Origin: Wigglesworthia glossinidia endosymbiont of Glossina morsitans morsitans (Yale colony)
GTDB lineage: Bacteria > Pseudomonadota > Gammaproteobacteria > Enterobacterales > Enterobacteriaceae
Assembly (NCBI RefSeq): GCF_000247565.1
Contig: NC_016893.1
Location: 1 to 32,000, forward strand
Length of the DNA: 32,000 nucleotides
Direction of reading: 5' to 3'
A program made the translations under genes and the position numbers. The notes below the pieces were generated by a model that was not told the DNA's origin, made no database searches, and was given only the letters and a program-made list of their open reading frames with translations. Position 1 is the stretch's first letter, and each line of letters starts with the position of its first letter. Positions 1-15,325 of this stretch are shown in pieces.

Positions 1-179
1 CAAAAAATTAAATAAAATATTTTATGTATAAAATATATTTAAAATATTTTTATAAAGTTTTTATTTTATTTATTTAATTAAAAATTTATCATAATGTATA
101 AAAATTAAATTATATTTTAAATATTTAATATATAAATAATATTAATAAGAATTTTATCTATTTTTATGGAAACTGCACT

Positions 180-2063
180 ATGTTTTATTTAAAAAATATT
201 GATATAATTGTTGTCGGTGGAGGTCATGCCGGAGTAGAAGCAGCTTTAGCTGCTGTAAAAATGAATTGTCATGTGCTTTTAATTACGCAAAATATTGATA
301 CTATTGGACAAATGTCATGTAATCCAGCAATTGGAGGTATAGGGAAAGGACATTTAGTCAAAGAAATTGATGCTATCGGTGGTGCTATGGCAAATTTTGC
401 AGATCAATCTGGCATTCAATTTAGAATACTTAATGAAAGCAAAGGACCTGCAGTAAGAGCCACTCGTGCACAAATGGATAGAAAATTATATGCTCAAGCT
501 GTACTTGATACTATATTTAAACAAAAAAAATTAAAAATTTTACAACAAGAAGTAGTAGATTTAGTTTTAAAAAATAACCGAATTTCTGGAATTATTACAA
601 ATTCCGGATTAGTAATTAATAGCAGCGTAGTAATACTTACCGTAGGTACATTTTTAAATGGAAAAATTCACATTGGAAATACAACGTATACTTCTGGAAG
701 ATCCGGAGATCATGCTTCATTAAAATTATCTAAAATATTAGATAACAACTTTGATTTTAATATTAGAAGATTAAAAACAGGGACACCACCTCGTATTGAT
801 GTAAGAAGTATTAATTTTGCAAAATTAGAAATGCAACACGGACACGTTCCAATACCAAATTTTTCATTTGAAAAATTTTCTGGTATTCGACCTCAACAAG
901 TACCGTGCTATATAACTCATACCAACGAAAATACACATAATATAATTAAAGAAAATTTAAAAAATAGCCCTATATACAACGGTACTATTCAAGGAATAGG
1001 ACCTCGATATTGTCCATCAATTGAAGATAAAGTAATTCGATTTGAAAAGAAAAATTCACATCAAATTTTTTTAGAACCTGAGGGGTTAAATAGTTATGAA
1101 ATCTATCCAAATGGAATATCTACCAGCTTACCTTTAGATATACAAATAAAAATGATTCGTTCCATTTCAGGATTAGAAAAAGCAAAAATTACACGACCAG
1201 GATATGCAATTGAATATGATTTTTTAGATCCAAAAGATCTCAAACTAACTTTAGAAAGTAAAATTATTCCTGGTTTATTTTTAGCAGGACAAATTAATGG
1301 TACTACAGGTTATGAAGAAGCTGCTGCGCAAGGATTATTAGCAGGAGTAAATGCTGTTTTAACGTTAAAAAATCAATTTTGGTTTCCTACAAGAGATCAG
1401 GCATATTTAGGTGTGTTAATTGATGATTTATGTACTTTAGGTACAGAAGAACCATATCGTATGTTTACTGCTAGATCTGAGTATCGACTAATCATTAGAG
1501 AAGATAATGCTGATTTACGTCTTACAGAGATTGGTAGAAAATTAGGCATGATTAATGATATCCGTTGGAAAAATTTTTGCAAAAAAAAAGAAAAAATCTG
1601 TCAAGAACATAAAAATTTGGAAAATACTCACATTAATTTTAATATAGAAGAAAAAAAGAAATTCCGTGCATATTTCAATGAAAATAAAATAAATCATATT
1701 ACAGCCAAAAACTTTTTATTACATCCAGAAATAAATCATCGTACATTATCATCACTACAATGCATGCAAAATACTATAAAAGACGAAGAAATTATGCAAC
1801 AAGTAGAAATACAAATTAAATATTCAGGGTATATAAAACGTCAGAAAAAAACAATTAAAAAAAATAAATATTATGAAAATGTAATTTTTCCTAATCAATT
1901 AAATTTTAAAGATATTTCTGGATTATCTAGCGAAGTAATTGAAAAATTGAATTGTTTTCGTCCTTATTCGATTGGACAAGCTTCTAGATTATCTGGAATT
2001 ACACCGGTAGCTATATCTATCATATTAATATGGATGAAAAAAAATAATCTTTTAAAGATTTAA
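180..2063 (+). CDS. mnmG: tRNA uridine-5-carboxymethylaminomethyl modification enzyme MnmG (GidA)
   Basis: 627-aa ORF; N-terminus [25 protein letters not shown] is the FAD-binding GGGHAG motif; contains [28 protein letters not shown]-type core and C-terminal [14 protein letters not shown]. Confidence 0.97.
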   Translation: MFYLKNIDIIVVGGGHAGVEAALAAVKMNCHVLLITQNIDTIGQMSCNPAIGGIGKGHLVKEIDAIGGAMANFADQSGIQFRILNESKGPAVRATRAQMDRKLYAQAVLDTIFKQKKLKILQQEVVDLVLKNNRISGIITNSGLVINSSVVILTVGTFLNGKIHIGNTTYTSGRSGDHASLKLSKILDNNFDFNIRRLKTGTPPRIDVRSINFAKLEMQHGHVPIPNFSFEKFSGIRPQQVPCYITHTNENTHNIIKENLKNSPIYNGTIQGIGPRYCPSIEDKVIRFEKKNSHQIFLEPEGLNSYEIYPNGISTSLPLDIQIKMIRSISGLEKAKITRPGYAIEYDFLDPKDLKLTLESKIIPGLFLAGQINGTTGYEEAAAQGLLAGVNAVLTLKNQFWFPTRDQAYLGVLIDDLCTLGTEEPYRMFTARSEYRLIIREDNADLRLTEIGRKLGMINDIRWKNFCKKKEKICQEHKNLENTHINFNIEEKKKFRAYFNENKINHITAKNFLLHPEINHRTLSSLQCMQNTIKDEEIMQQVEIQIKYSGYIKRQKKTIKKNKYYENVIFPNQLNFKDISGLSSEVIEKLNCFRPYSIGQASRLSGITPVAISIILIWMKKNNLLKI

Positions 2064-2261
2064 TTTATTTAATATAAATAAAATATTTTTAACAAATTTC
2101 AAAAATAAATTTAAATTAAAATTTAAAATTTGTTCGTTTAATAGTATAATGTAATTAAATAATTTATATTTTAAATATATTCATTAAAAAATGCATCTTA
2201 TTTTAGCTACAAAACTTTTATATTTATTTTAAAAAATAAAAATTTTACCTATTTAACTTGA

Positions 2262-3353
<1,092 letters not shown>

Positions 3354-3375
3354 AAATTAAAATAGGAAACATCAT

Positions 3376-3849
3376 ATGAATCTTAACGCAACATTATTTG
3401 GACAAACTATTGCGTTTATTATTTTTGTATTTTTTTGTATGAAATATATATGGCCTAATTTGATTGCATCTATTGAAAAAAGACAAAAAGATATTGAATT
3501 TGCGCTAAATACTGCTAAACAGGCACAAATAAATCTTCAATTAGCTCAAGAAAAAGCTCAAAAATGCTTACAAAAAGCAAAAATTCAATCTCAAAGTATT
3601 TTGTTAGAAGCACATCATAAAAAAGAGATTTTTTTGAAAAACGCTATAATAGAAGCAAAACAAAAAAAAGAAATGATTATATCTCAAGGTTATTTAGAAA
3701 TTTTAAATGCAAAAAAAAGAATTCGAGAAGAACTAAAAAAAGATATTACAAATTTAGTAATTTTAACTACAAAAAAAATTATAGAATCATCTCTTGATGA
3801 AGAAACGAGTAACAAAATCATAAAAAAAGAAATGTTAAATTTTAAATAA
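3376..3849 (+). CDS. atpF: F0F1 ATP synthase subunit b
   Basis: MNLNATLFGQTIAFIIFVFFCMKYIWP N-terminal membrane helix plus a long charged helix; operon position. Confidence 0.95.
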   Translation: MNLNATLFGQTIAFIIFVFFCMKYIWPNLIASIEKRQKDIEFALNTAKQAQINLQLAQEKAQKCLQKAKIQSQSILLEAHHKKEIFLKNAIIEAKQKKEMIISQGYLEILNAKKRIREELKKDITNLVILTTKKIIESSLDEETSNKIIKKEMLNFK

Positions 3850-3869
3850 AGTTATAGAGAAAATATTGT

Positions 3870-4397
3870 ATGAATTTTGAAAATAAAACTTTTGTATCGC
3901 ATCCATATGCGGAAGCAGCATTTAAATTTTCTTCAGAAATAAATAAAACTGAAAAATGGCTGTACATGCTAACAGAATCATGTACTGCTTTAAAATTCAC
4001 ACCACACATTTTATCTAATATATATTTTTTTAAGTTAAATAAAAAAAATTTTTTTAATAACTTATCAGGGAAAATTGATGTATATTTTGAAAATTTTTTG
4101 AAAATTATTGCTTATAACGATCGTTTAATTATTTTGCCAAACATTTTAAAAAAATTTATAGAAATTAAAAATATTTCAGAAAATATCGAAATAGTTCAAA
4201 TTATTACTAAATTTAAATTAAATCAAAAATTATTAGAAGATATAAAATTTTTAATATCAAATAAAATTAAAAAAAAAATAAAAGTTCAATTAAAAATTGA
4301 AAAATCTTTGTTAGGAGGAATTGTAATAAAATCGAAAAATTTTATAATAGATAGTAGCATAAAAAATCGCTTAAATAAGCTATCTGAATATTTATAA
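3870..4397 (+). CDS. atpH: F0F1 ATP synthase subunit delta
   Basis: 175-aa ORF; [11 protein letters not shown] start and C-terminal [33 protein letters not shown]; position between atpF and atpA. Confidence 0.93.
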   Translation: MNFENKTFVSHPYAEAAFKFSSEINKTEKWLYMLTESCTALKFTPHILSNIYFFKLNKKNFFNNLSGKIDVYFENFLKIIAYNDRLIILPNILKKFIEIKNISENIEIVQIITKFKLNQKLLEDIKFLISNKIKKKIKVQLKIEKSLLGGIVIKSKNFIIDSSIKNRLNKLSEYL

Positions 4398-4420
4398 AAA
4401 TTTCATGCAAAGGAAAAAAT

Positions 4421-5953
4421 ATGATTTTGAACGCTACAGAGATTAGTACATTAATTAAAAAAAGAATTGAAAAATTTGAAATAAAAAGTGAAATTCAAGA
4501 AGAAGGAATTATACTATCAATAAGCGATGGTATTATAAAAATTTACGGATTAAATAATATTATGCAAGGAGAAATGATCAAGTTACCTCATAATATTTTT
4601 GCAATTGCACTAAATTTAGAACGTGATTTAGTAGGCGCAGTTGTCATGGGAAATTGTATTAATCTCGTGGAAGGCATGAAAGTATATTCTACAGGTCGTA
4701 TTCTCGAAGTTCCAGTTGGAAATGAATTATTAGGACGCGTAATAAATTCTTTGGGCTATCCAATTGACGGTCAAGGAAAAACAAATTGTAATTGTTTTGC
4801 TCCAATAGAAACCGAAGCTCCAGGAGTAATTGATCGAAAATCAGTTAATGAACCATTATATACCGGGTATAAAGCTATCGATTCTATGATCCCTATAGGA
4901 AAAGGTCAAAGAGAATTAATTATAGGAGATAGACAAACCGGAAAGTCTACTTTAGCATTAGATGCTATAATTAATCAAAAAAATAATAACGTTAAATGTA
5001 TCTATGTTGCTATAGGACAAAAAGCATCTACAGTTGTTAGAATAGTAGAAACGTTGAAGAAATATCAAGCATTATCAAACACTATTATTGTCTCTGCTTT
5101 TGCTTCTGATGCTGCTGCTTTGCAATATTTAGCACCTTATGCAGGATGTGCTATGGGAGAATATTTTAGAAATCGTGGAGAAAATGCATTAATTGTATAT
5201 GACGATTTGTCTAAACAAGCGATTGCTTACCGTCAAATCTCTTTATTGCTCAAAAGACCCCCGGGTAGAGAAGCATATCCAGGAGATATTTTTTATTTAC
5301 ATTCACGCTTATTGGAAAGAGCAGCATGCGTAAGTCACAAATATGTAGAAAATCTTACAAGAGGCAAAATTAAAAATCAGAGTGGTTCTTTAACTGCCCT
5401 GCCTATCGTTGAAACTCAAGGAGGTGACATATCCGCATTCGTGCCAACTAATTTAATTAGTATTACAGATGGACAAATTTTTCTAGAATCTAATTTATTT
5501 AATTCAGGAATACGACCAGCAATTAATCCGGGTATTTCAGTATCTCGAGTAGGTGGGGCAGCGCAATCTGATATCATTAGAAAATTATCAAGTAACATAC
5601 GTACTTCTTTGGCTCAGTATAATGAGCTTGCATCATTTTCTCAATTTTCTTCAGATTTAGATAAAAATACTAAAAATCAATTAATTCATGGAGAAAAAAT
5701 TGTAGAATTATTAAAACAAAAACAATATGCTCCTGTTTCTATGGAAAATCAAGCATTATTATTTTTTGCTATACAAAATAACTATTTTAAAAATGTTAAT
5801 GTGGCAGATATTAATAAATATGAAAAAAAATTATTATATTATGCAAAAGAAAATTATTCAGAATTTATGAAAGATATTCGTTTTTCTGATAAATATAACA
5901 TTGATATTCAAGAAAAAATAAAAAAAATTTTGGACGAATTCAAATTCATGTAA
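4421..5953 (+). CDS. atpA: F0F1 ATP synthase subunit alpha
   Basis: 510-aa ORF; Walker [59 protein letters not shown]. Confidence 0.98.
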   Translation: MILNATEISTLIKKRIEKFEIKSEIQEEGIILSISDGIIKIYGLNNIMQGEMIKLPHNIFAIALNLERDLVGAVVMGNCINLVEGMKVYSTGRILEVPVGNELLGRVINSLGYPIDGQGKTNCNCFAPIETEAPGVIDRKSVNEPLYTGYKAIDSMIPIGKGQRELIIGDRQTGKSTLALDAIINQKNNNVKCIYVAIGQKASTVVRIVETLKKYQALSNTIIVSAFASDAAALQYLAPYAGCAMGEYFRNRGENALIVYDDLSKQAIAYRQISLLLKRPPGREAYPGDIFYLHSRLLERAACVSHKYVENLTRGKIKNQSGSLTALPIVETQGGDISAFVPTNLISITDGQIFLESNLFNSGIRPAINPGISVSRVGGAAQSDIIRKLSSNIRTSLAQYNELASFSQFSSDLDKNTKNQLIHGEKIVELLKQKQYAPVSMENQALLFFAIQNNYFKNVNVADINKYEKKLLYYAKENYSEFMKDIRFSDKYNIDIQEKIKKILDEFKFM

Positions 5954-6013
5954 AATTAATGCATATAATACTCGAAGTACTTAGTGCTCTTAAAAAAATC
6001 GTTCAGGCAAAAT

Positions 6014-8282
<2,269 letters not shown>

Positions 8283-8295
8283 AATCAAATTTATT

Positions 8296-8712
8296 ATGCA
8301 AAAACTTTTTCATTTAAAAGTCATTAGTCCAGAAAAAATAATCTTTTCTAATTTAGTAAAACAAATTAAAATTACAGGATCAGAAGGAGAATTTGGGATT
8401 TTATCACAACATGCACCTTTTTTGACTACTATTAAACCTGGATTTATAAAAATAATATTTGAAAACAAAAATAGAGAATATATTTATCTTTCTGGAGGAA
8501 TATTTGAAATTTATTTAAATGTAGCAACAGTTTTAGCGGATACTGCAATTCGAGGGCAAGAAATTGATAAAAATAGAGCAATAGAATCAAAAAAAAAAGC
8601 AGAAAATTTAATTAAAACTGCACAGGCAAAAAAAGAATACATGAGAGCCATAATAGAATTATCTAAGTCTATTGCAAAATTAAAAACCTATTATTTGTCA
8701 AATAAAAAATAA
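8296..8712 (+). CDS. atpC: F0F1 ATP synthase subunit epsilon
   Basis: 138-aa ORF; TGSEGEFGILSQHAPFLTTIKPG, YLSGGIFEI, VLADTAIRG; last gene of the atp operon. Confidence 0.96.
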   Translation: MQKLFHLKVISPEKIIFSNLVKQIKITGSEGEFGILSQHAPFLTTIKPGFIKIIFENKNREYIYLSGGIFEIYLNVATVLADTAIRGQEIDKNRAIESKKKAENLIKTAQAKKEYMRAIIELSKSIAKLKTYYLSNKK

Positions 8713-8898
8713 TAATTTTTATTCTAAATTTTTAATATTTTCAACTTAATTATAGTTTTGATTGTAAATATGTATAAAATATTAAATTTCGAAAATTTTT
8801 AAATAATTTATTAATTATTAATTAACAAAAAACTATTCTACTAAAAATCTAAATCTTATATTATATTTTTAGTTCTCTTATTAAAGAGAGATAAATAC

Positions 8899-10275
8899 AT
8901 GAATACTTCGTCTCAAGAATTGAGCGTAATTATTTTATCAGCCGGTCAAGGAAAGCGCATGTTCAGTGCGACTCCGAAAGTATTACATAAATTAGCTGGA
9001 AAACCAATTTTACAGCATGTTATAGATACCGTATTAAATCTTCCTACAAAAAAAATTTATATCGTCTATGGATATGAAGGTCAATTATTGCGTAAAAAAA
9101 TAATATCAAATCACTCATCTTTAAATTGGATCTTACAATCTAATCAGAACGGTACTGGACATGCGATTCAAAAAGTTATGGAAAAATATGAGGGTGCAAA
9201 CAATGATCAGATACTTATTTTATACGGAGATATTCCACTAATATCTATAAAAACTTTAAGTAGGCTATTATATTTTCATACTGGTTTTAATATAAGTTTG
9301 TTAACAGCAAAAATTGATTCTCCGTATGGTTATGGCAGAATCTTAAGAAAAGACGGATTAATTGTTAAAATTATTGAACAAGATGATGTATCAGAAAATC
9401 ATAAAAAAATTCGAGAAATTAATACCGGGATAATGGTAGTAAATAAAAAAAAATTAAATACTTGGATTCATCAAATAAATAACAACAACGCAAAAAAAGA
9501 ATTTTATTTGACCGATATTGTTTCAATAGCACATCACAGCGGTCATGTCATTAATTCGATGCAATCAAAAAATACATTTGAAATTTTTGGAATAAATAAT
9601 CGTTTACAACTAATGCACCTAGAACGTTTTTATCAAAAAAAACAAGCAAAGAAACTATTATTAAACGGTCTTAGTTTAGCAGATCATAGACGTTTTGATT
9701 TAAGAGGGACGTTAAAACATGGAAAAGATATTTTTATTGATGTAAATGTGATATTAGAAGGAAATATAATTATTGGCGATCGAGTGAAAATTTGCAACGG
9801 ATGTAAATTAAAAAATGTTACGATTAATAATGACGTTATTATTTACCCATATTCTATAATAGAAAACACTCATTTAGATTCTAACAGTATTATTGGTCCT
9901 TTTGCCCATATACATTCAAATAGTAGAATATCAAAAAATGTAAATATTGGAAATTTTGTTGAAGTAAAAAACACTATTTTTGGAAAAAATTCAAAAGCTG
10001 GTCACTTAAGCTACTTAGGAGATGCAAATATAGGTAAAAAAGTAAACATTGGTGCTGGAGCAATCACGTGTAATTTTGATGGTAAAAACAAAAATAAAAC
10101 TATAATTAATAATGATGCATTTATCGGTGCTAACTCAGAATTAATTGCACCTATTATAATCGGATCTGGCGCTACAGTAGGTGCAGGAACTACTGTCACT
10201 AAAAACATAAATAATGGCGAAAAAATAATTAGTAGAATAAGACAATTTTCGATTTTAAAAAAAAATAATTCTTAA
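8899..10275 (+). CDS. glmU: Bifunctional UDP-N-acetylglucosamine pyrophosphorylase / glucosamine-1-phosphate acetyltransferase
   Basis: 458-aa ORF; LSAGQGKRMFSATPKVLHKLAGKP nucleotidyltransferase motif and left-handed beta-helix repeats ending IGANSELIAPIIIGSGATVGAGTTVTKN. Confidence 0.97.
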   Translation: MNTSSQELSVIILSAGQGKRMFSATPKVLHKLAGKPILQHVIDTVLNLPTKKIYIVYGYEGQLLRKKIISNHSSLNWILQSNQNGTGHAIQKVMEKYEGANNDQILILYGDIPLISIKTLSRLLYFHTGFNISLLTAKIDSPYGYGRILRKDGLIVKIIEQDDVSENHKKIREINTGIMVVNKKKLNTWIHQINNNNAKKEFYLTDIVSIAHHSGHVINSMQSKNTFEIFGINNRLQLMHLERFYQKKQAKKLLLNGLSLADHRRFDLRGTLKHGKDIFIDVNVILEGNIIIGDRVKICNGCKLKNVTINNDVIIYPYSIIENTHLDSNSIIGPFAHIHSNSRISKNVNIGNFVEVKNTIFGKNSKAGHLSYLGDANIGKKVNIGAGAITCNFDGKNKNKTIINNDAFIGANSELIAPIIIGSGATVGAGTTVTKNINNGEKIISRIRQFSILKKNNS

Positions 10276-10439
10276 TATAAAATCAATTAAAAATTTAATT
10301 TATTAAATATAACTATGTATAAAAGTATAAATTGTTATATTCTAAAATTTTATTATAACAATAACTAGTTTAAAATTAACAACATGATTAATAAAACATG
10401 TTGATTATAACACTACATATAAAATTTAGGAAAATTCTA

Positions 10440-12278
10440 ATGTGTGGAATAGTAGGTATAATTTCACAGCGTAATGTTTTAGATCTTTTGTTATCAGGAT
10501 TAAATCGTCTTGAATATCGCGGCTATGATTCTTCCGGAATTGCTGTTATAGATAATAATAATCAGTTGAAATGTTTAAAAAAAGTAGGAAAAGTTAAAGT
10601 ATTAAAAAAATCAATTTTTAAAAAAAAATCTGTTTTTTTAGGAAATACAGGTTTAGCACACACTAGATGGGCCACACATGGTTCTCCAACAGAAAACAAT
10701 GCACACCCTCACTTATCGGAACACATAGCAGTAGTACACAATGGTATTATAGAAAATCATGAATCTTTAAGGCATCATTTGCGAACATATCAATATCAAT
10801 TTCACAGTGATACTGATACTGAAGTTATTGCTCATTTAATTCATTGGGAACAAAAACGTAACGGAGGCACTTTAATAGAAGTAGTAAAACGCGTATCACC
10901 TATGTTATTTGGAATTTATAGTGCAGTAATAATAGATGCTAATAATCCGAAAGCGCTTGTAGCAGAATGTTCGGGAAGCCCTTTAATTATTGGATGCGGT
11001 ATAAAAGAAAATGCTTTTGCTTCAGATCAATTAGCTTTATTAGATATAACTAATAAATTTATTTTTTTAAAAAATGGAGATATTTCAGAAATTACTAGTT
11101 CGAATATTCAGATATGGAACAAATATGGAAAATTGATTCGTAGAGATATAGTAAAAAAAAATATTATCTTAGATCCTAATAAAAAAGGAGAATTTCGTTA
11201 TTTTTTAAAAAAAGAAATTTTTGAGCAACCTCAAGCTATTAAAAATACTTTAAAAAATCGTTTAAAAAACAATTATGTGTATCTATCAGAAATGTCTGAT
11301 AAATCTAATAAAATTTTAATTAATACAAAACATATTCAACTTGTTGCTTGTGGAAGTTCATATAATTCTGCTATGGTGTCAAAGTATTGGTTTGAAAATT
11401 TAGTTGGATTATCTTGTAATGTTGATATAGCTTCCGAATTTTGCTATCGCAATATTGTAGTAAATCCAAATAGTTTATTAATTTTTTTATCGCAATCTGG
11501 AGAAACTGCAGATATTTTATCTGCGTTACGATTATCAAAAAATCTTAATTATTTATCGTCTTTAGCAATTTGTAACACTCCAGAATCTACTTTAAGTAGA
11601 GAATCTGATATAAATATTTTAACATACGCAGGAATAGAAATTAGTGTTGCTTCTACTAAAACATTTACTACACAACTTACAGCATTACTAAGCTTAATAG
11701 CACATATAAGTTTATTAAAAAAAATGAATAAAAAACTACAATTAGATATTTTTCATGCTATGCAGATTTTGCCTTATAGAATAGAACAAATGCTGCTTTT
11801 GGCACCTTACATTAAAAATTTAGTAAAAGATTTTGCCAATACAAATAATGCAATTTTTATCGGAAGAGGCGAATTGTACCCTATCGCTATAGAATCCGCA
11901 TTAAAATTAAAAGAAACCTCCTATATTCATGCTGAAGGTTATGCAGCGGGAGAGTTAAAACATGGATCTTTAGCTCTCATTGATATTAACATGCCAGTGA
12001 TTATACTTGCACCAAATAATAGTTTATTAAAAAAATTGTTATCTAATATAGAAGAAATTCGTGCTCGTTCCGGAAAAATATATATTTTTTCAGAAAAAAA
12101 TATTTTTTTTTCAAATTATGTAAATATTAAAAATATTCAACTCCCTTTTGTAGAAGATATCTCGACTCCTATGGCTTATATTGTGCCAATGCAACTTTTA
12201 GCCTATTATATAGGATTAGAAAAAAATATAGATGTTGATCATCCTAGAAATTTAGCAAAAACAGTTACAGTCGAATAA
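10440..12278 (+). CDS. glmS: Glutamine--fructose-6-phosphate aminotransferase
   Basis: MCGIVGII with catalytic Cys after Met, LEYRGYDSSGIAV, ACGSSYNSAMVSKYWFE, SQSGETADIL, C-terminal DVDHPRNLAKTVTVE. The track starts at 10398; ATG 10440 follows an AGGA around 10428. Confidence 0.97.
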   Translation: MCGIVGIISQRNVLDLLLSGLNRLEYRGYDSSGIAVIDNNNQLKCLKKVGKVKVLKKSIFKKKSVFLGNTGLAHTRWATHGSPTENNAHPHLSEHIAVVHNGIIENHESLRHHLRTYQYQFHSDTDTEVIAHLIHWEQKRNGGTLIEVVKRVSPMLFGIYSAVIIDANNPKALVAECSGSPLIIGCGIKENAFASDQLALLDITNKFIFLKNGDISEITSSNIQIWNKYGKLIRRDIVKKNIILDPNKKGEFRYFLKKEIFEQPQAIKNTLKNRLKNNYVYLSEMSDKSNKILINTKHIQLVACGSSYNSAMVSKYWFENLVGLSCNVDIASEFCYRNIVVNPNSLLIFLSQSGETADILSALRLSKNLNYLSSLAICNTPESTLSRESDINILTYAGIEISVASTKTFTTQLTALLSLIAHISLLKKMNKKLQLDIFHAMQILPYRIEQMLLLAPYIKNLVKDFANTNNAIFIGRGELYPIAIESALKLKETSYIHAEGYAAGELKHGSLALIDINMPVIILAPNNSLLKKLLSNIEEIRARSGKIYIFSEKNIFFSNYVNIKNIQLPFVEDISTPMAYIVPMQLLAYYIGLEKNIDVDHPRNLAKTVTVE

Positions 12279-12288
12279 TTTTTCTTAA

Positions 12289-13677
12289 CTACTTACCTAT
12301 ACAAAAATTTGAAAAAATTTCATTAAGAAAACTATTTGAATTAAGATTTATTCCTAAAATTCTTTCTAAAGCCTTCTGAGCAGCAGATAGTTCCTCTGCA
12401 ACTAATTCTAAAGTATTTTCTCTCAAAATTTTTTTTCCTTGAAAAATATGATATTTCGTAATTTTTAATTCGTATAAATGTCTTTGTTTCGCGATAAAAT
12501 ATCCTTCTTCATTTAATTGCAAACATTTTAAATTTTTTAAATATTTTATTAAAATATCTATACTTGAATTATCATTAACTGATATCGTAATTATTGGATA
12601 ATCCTGATTATCTATAATGCCGATAGGTTCTTTGCTTAAATCTGCTTTATTGCGTATAACAGCAATTTTTTTGTTTAATTTTAAAGCAAATTCTTTGTAT
12701 TGAGGCCATAATTTATATATATCATTTGAACTATCTATACTACTATCTACTATAAATAAAACATGATCTGATATACAAACTTCTTTTAATGCGCGACGAA
12801 TTCCGATATTTTCTATTATATCACGAGTTACTCTTAAACCTGCAGTATCACTAATGTTTATTGAAACACCATTTATATTGATATATTCATGTAAAACATC
12901 TCGCGTTGTTCCCGGAATTTTAGTCACAATAGCAGATTTTCGACCAGATAATGCGTTAAATATACTAGATTTTCCAGCGTTAGGTTTTCCTATGATAGCA
13001 ATTTTTATACCTTCTTGTAGAAGATTGCTATATTTAGATAAGTTTTGTATTTTTTTGATTTTTAAAAAGATCTTTTTTAAATTTTTTTTCATATTTATTA
13101 TATCTATGACATGTGTGTTTTCTTCAGAAAAGTCACATGTCATTTCTATGTTCATACGTAATTTCTGAATTAAATATAACAATTTATGAATTTTTTTAGA
13201 AAAATCTCCTTTTAAGGCAAATAAAGCAGATCTAGATGCTTGTACTGAACGGGCGTTAATTAAATCAGAAATCGCTTCTGCTTGAATTAAATCTATTTTT
13301 CCATTTATAAAAGCGCGTTCTAAAAATTCTCCTGGGTTTGCTATTCTGATATTAGGTATAGAAATAATTTCTTGCAATAAGACATTCAACGTTATTGGTG
13401 CTCCATGTGCCTGTAATTCTAAAACATCTTCTCCAGTTAAAGAATATGGTTTTTTAAAGAACAATACGATTCCTTGATCTAGTAAATTACCTTTCATATT
13501 ATAAAACGGCAAATAAGTAGCGTGTTTTATCTTTGGTATTTTTTTTAAAAAAATTTTAGAGACTTTTGCAGACAATGCTCCAGAAATTCGTAATACACCT
13601 ATGCCTCCCCTTCCGGGAGGAGTAGCAATTGCTGCAATTGTGTCGTTTTTATTGTATTGATTATTAATCGTTAACAT
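12289..13677 (-). CDS. mnmE: tRNA modification GTPase MnmE (TrmE/ThdF)
   Basis: 462-aa ORF; DTIAAIATPPGRGGIGVLRISG, G1 GKPNAGKSSIFNAL, DTAGLR, C-terminal FCIGK. Converges on glmS with a gap of about 10 bp. Confidence 0.97.
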   Translation of the reverse strand: MLTINNQYNKNDTIAAIATPPGRGGIGVLRISGALSAKVSKIFLKKIPKIKHATYLPFYNMKGNLLDQGIVLFFKKPYSLTGEDVLELQAHGAPITLNVLLQEIISIPNIRIANPGEFLERAFINGKIDLIQAEAISDLINARSVQASRSALFALKGDFSKKIHKLLYLIQKLRMNIEMTCDFSEENTHVIDIINMKKNLKKIFLKIKKIQNLSKYSNLLQEGIKIAIIGKPNAGKSSIFNALSGRKSAIVTKIPGTTRDVLHEYININGVSINISDTAGLRVTRDIIENIGIRRALKEVCISDHVLFIVDSSIDSSNDIYKLWPQYKEFALKLNKKIAVIRNKADLSKEPIGIIDNQDYPIITISVNDNSSIDILIKYLKNLKCLQLNEEGYFIAKQRHLYELKITKYHIFQGKKILRENTLELVAEELSAAQKALERILGINLNSNSFLNEIFSNFCIGK

Positions 13678-13678
13678 A

Positions 13679-15304
13679 TCAATTTATATTTTCTGTATAT
13701 ATTCCTTTTCTTTTTAATCCCTTATATATTACATATTGTTGCATCATAGTAACTAAATTGCTCACTATGTAGTACAGTACTAATCCAGATGGAAACCATA
13801 AAAAGAATATAGTAAAAATTAATGGAATAAATGTTACAATTCGTTTTTGCATTGGGTCAACATGTGTAGAAGGCGACATTTTTTGTATCAAAAACATTGT
13901 TATACCCATTATAACAGGCAATATATAATATGGATCTTTTTCAGATAAATCATAAATCCACAACATAAATGGTGCATGTCGTAACTCTACAGATCCAGAA
14001 AGCATATAATATAAAGCTAAAAAAATCGGCATTTGAATAAACAACGGCATACATCCCCCCAGGGGATTAACTTTTTGTTTTTTATATAAAGCTATCATTT
14101 CTTGACTTTGACGATGTTTATCTTGGCTAAATTTATTTTTAATATTAACTATTTTTGGTTGCAAAATTCTCATTTTTGCCATAGAAGTATATTGAGATTT
14201 TGTAAGAGGATACATTAAACCTCTTACTATAAAAGTAATAAGAATAATAGATACTCCCCAATTGTTCGTATATTTATATATCCATGTTAACATTTTAAAT
14301 AATGGTTGAGCTATAAACCAAAGCCAACCATAGTCGATAGTTAAATTTAAATGATTTGCTACAGTTTTGATGGTATTTTGTAGTTTTGGACCAATCCATA
14401 ATGTAGATTGAATATTTTTTTCTTCTCCTTGCAATATGGATATTGGATATGATTTAAAACCAATAATTACTTGATCTTGATCGTAAAAATTTTCAGTATA
14501 AAAATGATATTTATACATTTGTTCTGGTATCCAAGCAACAAGAAAATATTGTTGCAGCATAGCAATCCATCCTGACATAGTTGTAATATTTAAATGTTTA
14601 TTATTTTTAATATCATTAAATTCATATTTTTTATATTTATGATCATCGCTAGAATATGCAGCACCGCGGTACGTATGAAAATTAAAATTGTAATTTTCAT
14701 TGATATTTTTAGTTTCTATAGATTGTTTTAATTGACTAAAAAGTGCAATTTCTATCGGATTATTTCCATAATTTTGAATTTTATGATTAATTTTGAATGC
14801 AAAACTGTTTTTAGTAAATACAAAATTTTTTGTATATTTCATTCCTAAATTATCGTCATATATCATAGATACGCTAAGATTGTTTAGAGTATCCGACAAT
14901 ACATATGTATTTTTTTCGCTTTTAAATATAGGATGTATTTCGGTATTATTATTTTTTATTTTGTAAGATTTAATTAATCCACTTTCAGCTTGATATATGA
15001 AATCTTTGGAAGTTTCAAGTAACTTTAATAAGTTTTTATTTTCTAAATCTTCAAAATAAGTACGTAATGATACTTCTTCTATATTTCCACCATAAGTGTT
15101 AATTTTTAAAATTAATAAATCTGTAATTATGGTAATAAAATTATTTTGTTTTTCAAAAATTTTATTTTCTATAATATTTTTTTTTTCTACTTTATTTTCT
15201 TTATTGAAATTTTCTGGGTCAGAAAATTCAACTTGCCATGTTTCTAACGCTATAAATGAAATGATCAGAAAAGCAATGAATAAAAAATTATTTTGTAAAC
15301 CCAT
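13679..15304 (-). CDS. yidC: Membrane protein insertase YidC
   Basis: 541-aa ORF; DYGWLWFIAQPLFKMLTWIY, NWGVSIILITFIVRGLMYPLTKSQYTSMAKMR, VNPLGGCMPLFIQMPIFLALYYML, FPSGLVLYYIVSNLVTMMQQYVIYKGL. Confidence 0.97.
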   Translation of the reverse strand: MGLQNNFLFIAFLIISFIALETWQVEFSDPENFNKENKVEKKNIIENKIFEKQNNFITIITDLLILKINTYGGNIEEVSLRTYFEDLENKNLLKLLETSKDFIYQAESGLIKSYKIKNNNTEIHPIFKSEKNTYVLSDTLNNLSVSMIYDDNLGMKYTKNFVFTKNSFAFKINHKIQNYGNNPIEIALFSQLKQSIETKNINENYNFNFHTYRGAAYSSDDHKYKKYEFNDIKNNKHLNITTMSGWIAMLQQYFLVAWIPEQMYKYHFYTENFYDQDQVIIGFKSYPISILQGEEKNIQSTLWIGPKLQNTIKTVANHLNLTIDYGWLWFIAQPLFKMLTWIYKYTNNWGVSIILITFIVRGLMYPLTKSQYTSMAKMRILQPKIVNIKNKFSQDKHRQSQEMIALYKKQKVNPLGGCMPLFIQMPIFLALYYMLSGSVELRHAPFMLWIYDLSEKDPYYILPVIMGITMFLIQKMSPSTHVDPMQKRIVTFIPLIFTIFFLWFPSGLVLYYIVSNLVTMMQQYVIYKGLKRKGIYTENIN

Positions 15305-15325
15305 AAAACATAATCTCGATAGTTT

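Noticed and set aside
5984-6013. N-terminal extensions in the ORF track for atpG (5984), atpD (6870), atpE (3102), glmS (10398), pdxA (23768) and apaH (25684)
   Set aside because: In each case an in-frame downstream ATG gives the conserved family N-terminus, usually with a better SD, so the extensions are ORF-calling artefacts.
10381-10402. Short inverted repeat AACATG...CATGTT upstream of glmS, considered as a regulatory hairpin or glmS-type ribozyme/sRNA target
   Set aside because: A 6-bp stem in AT-rich DNA is easily random; no ribozyme core is visible, and no GlmZ pairing site could be supported.
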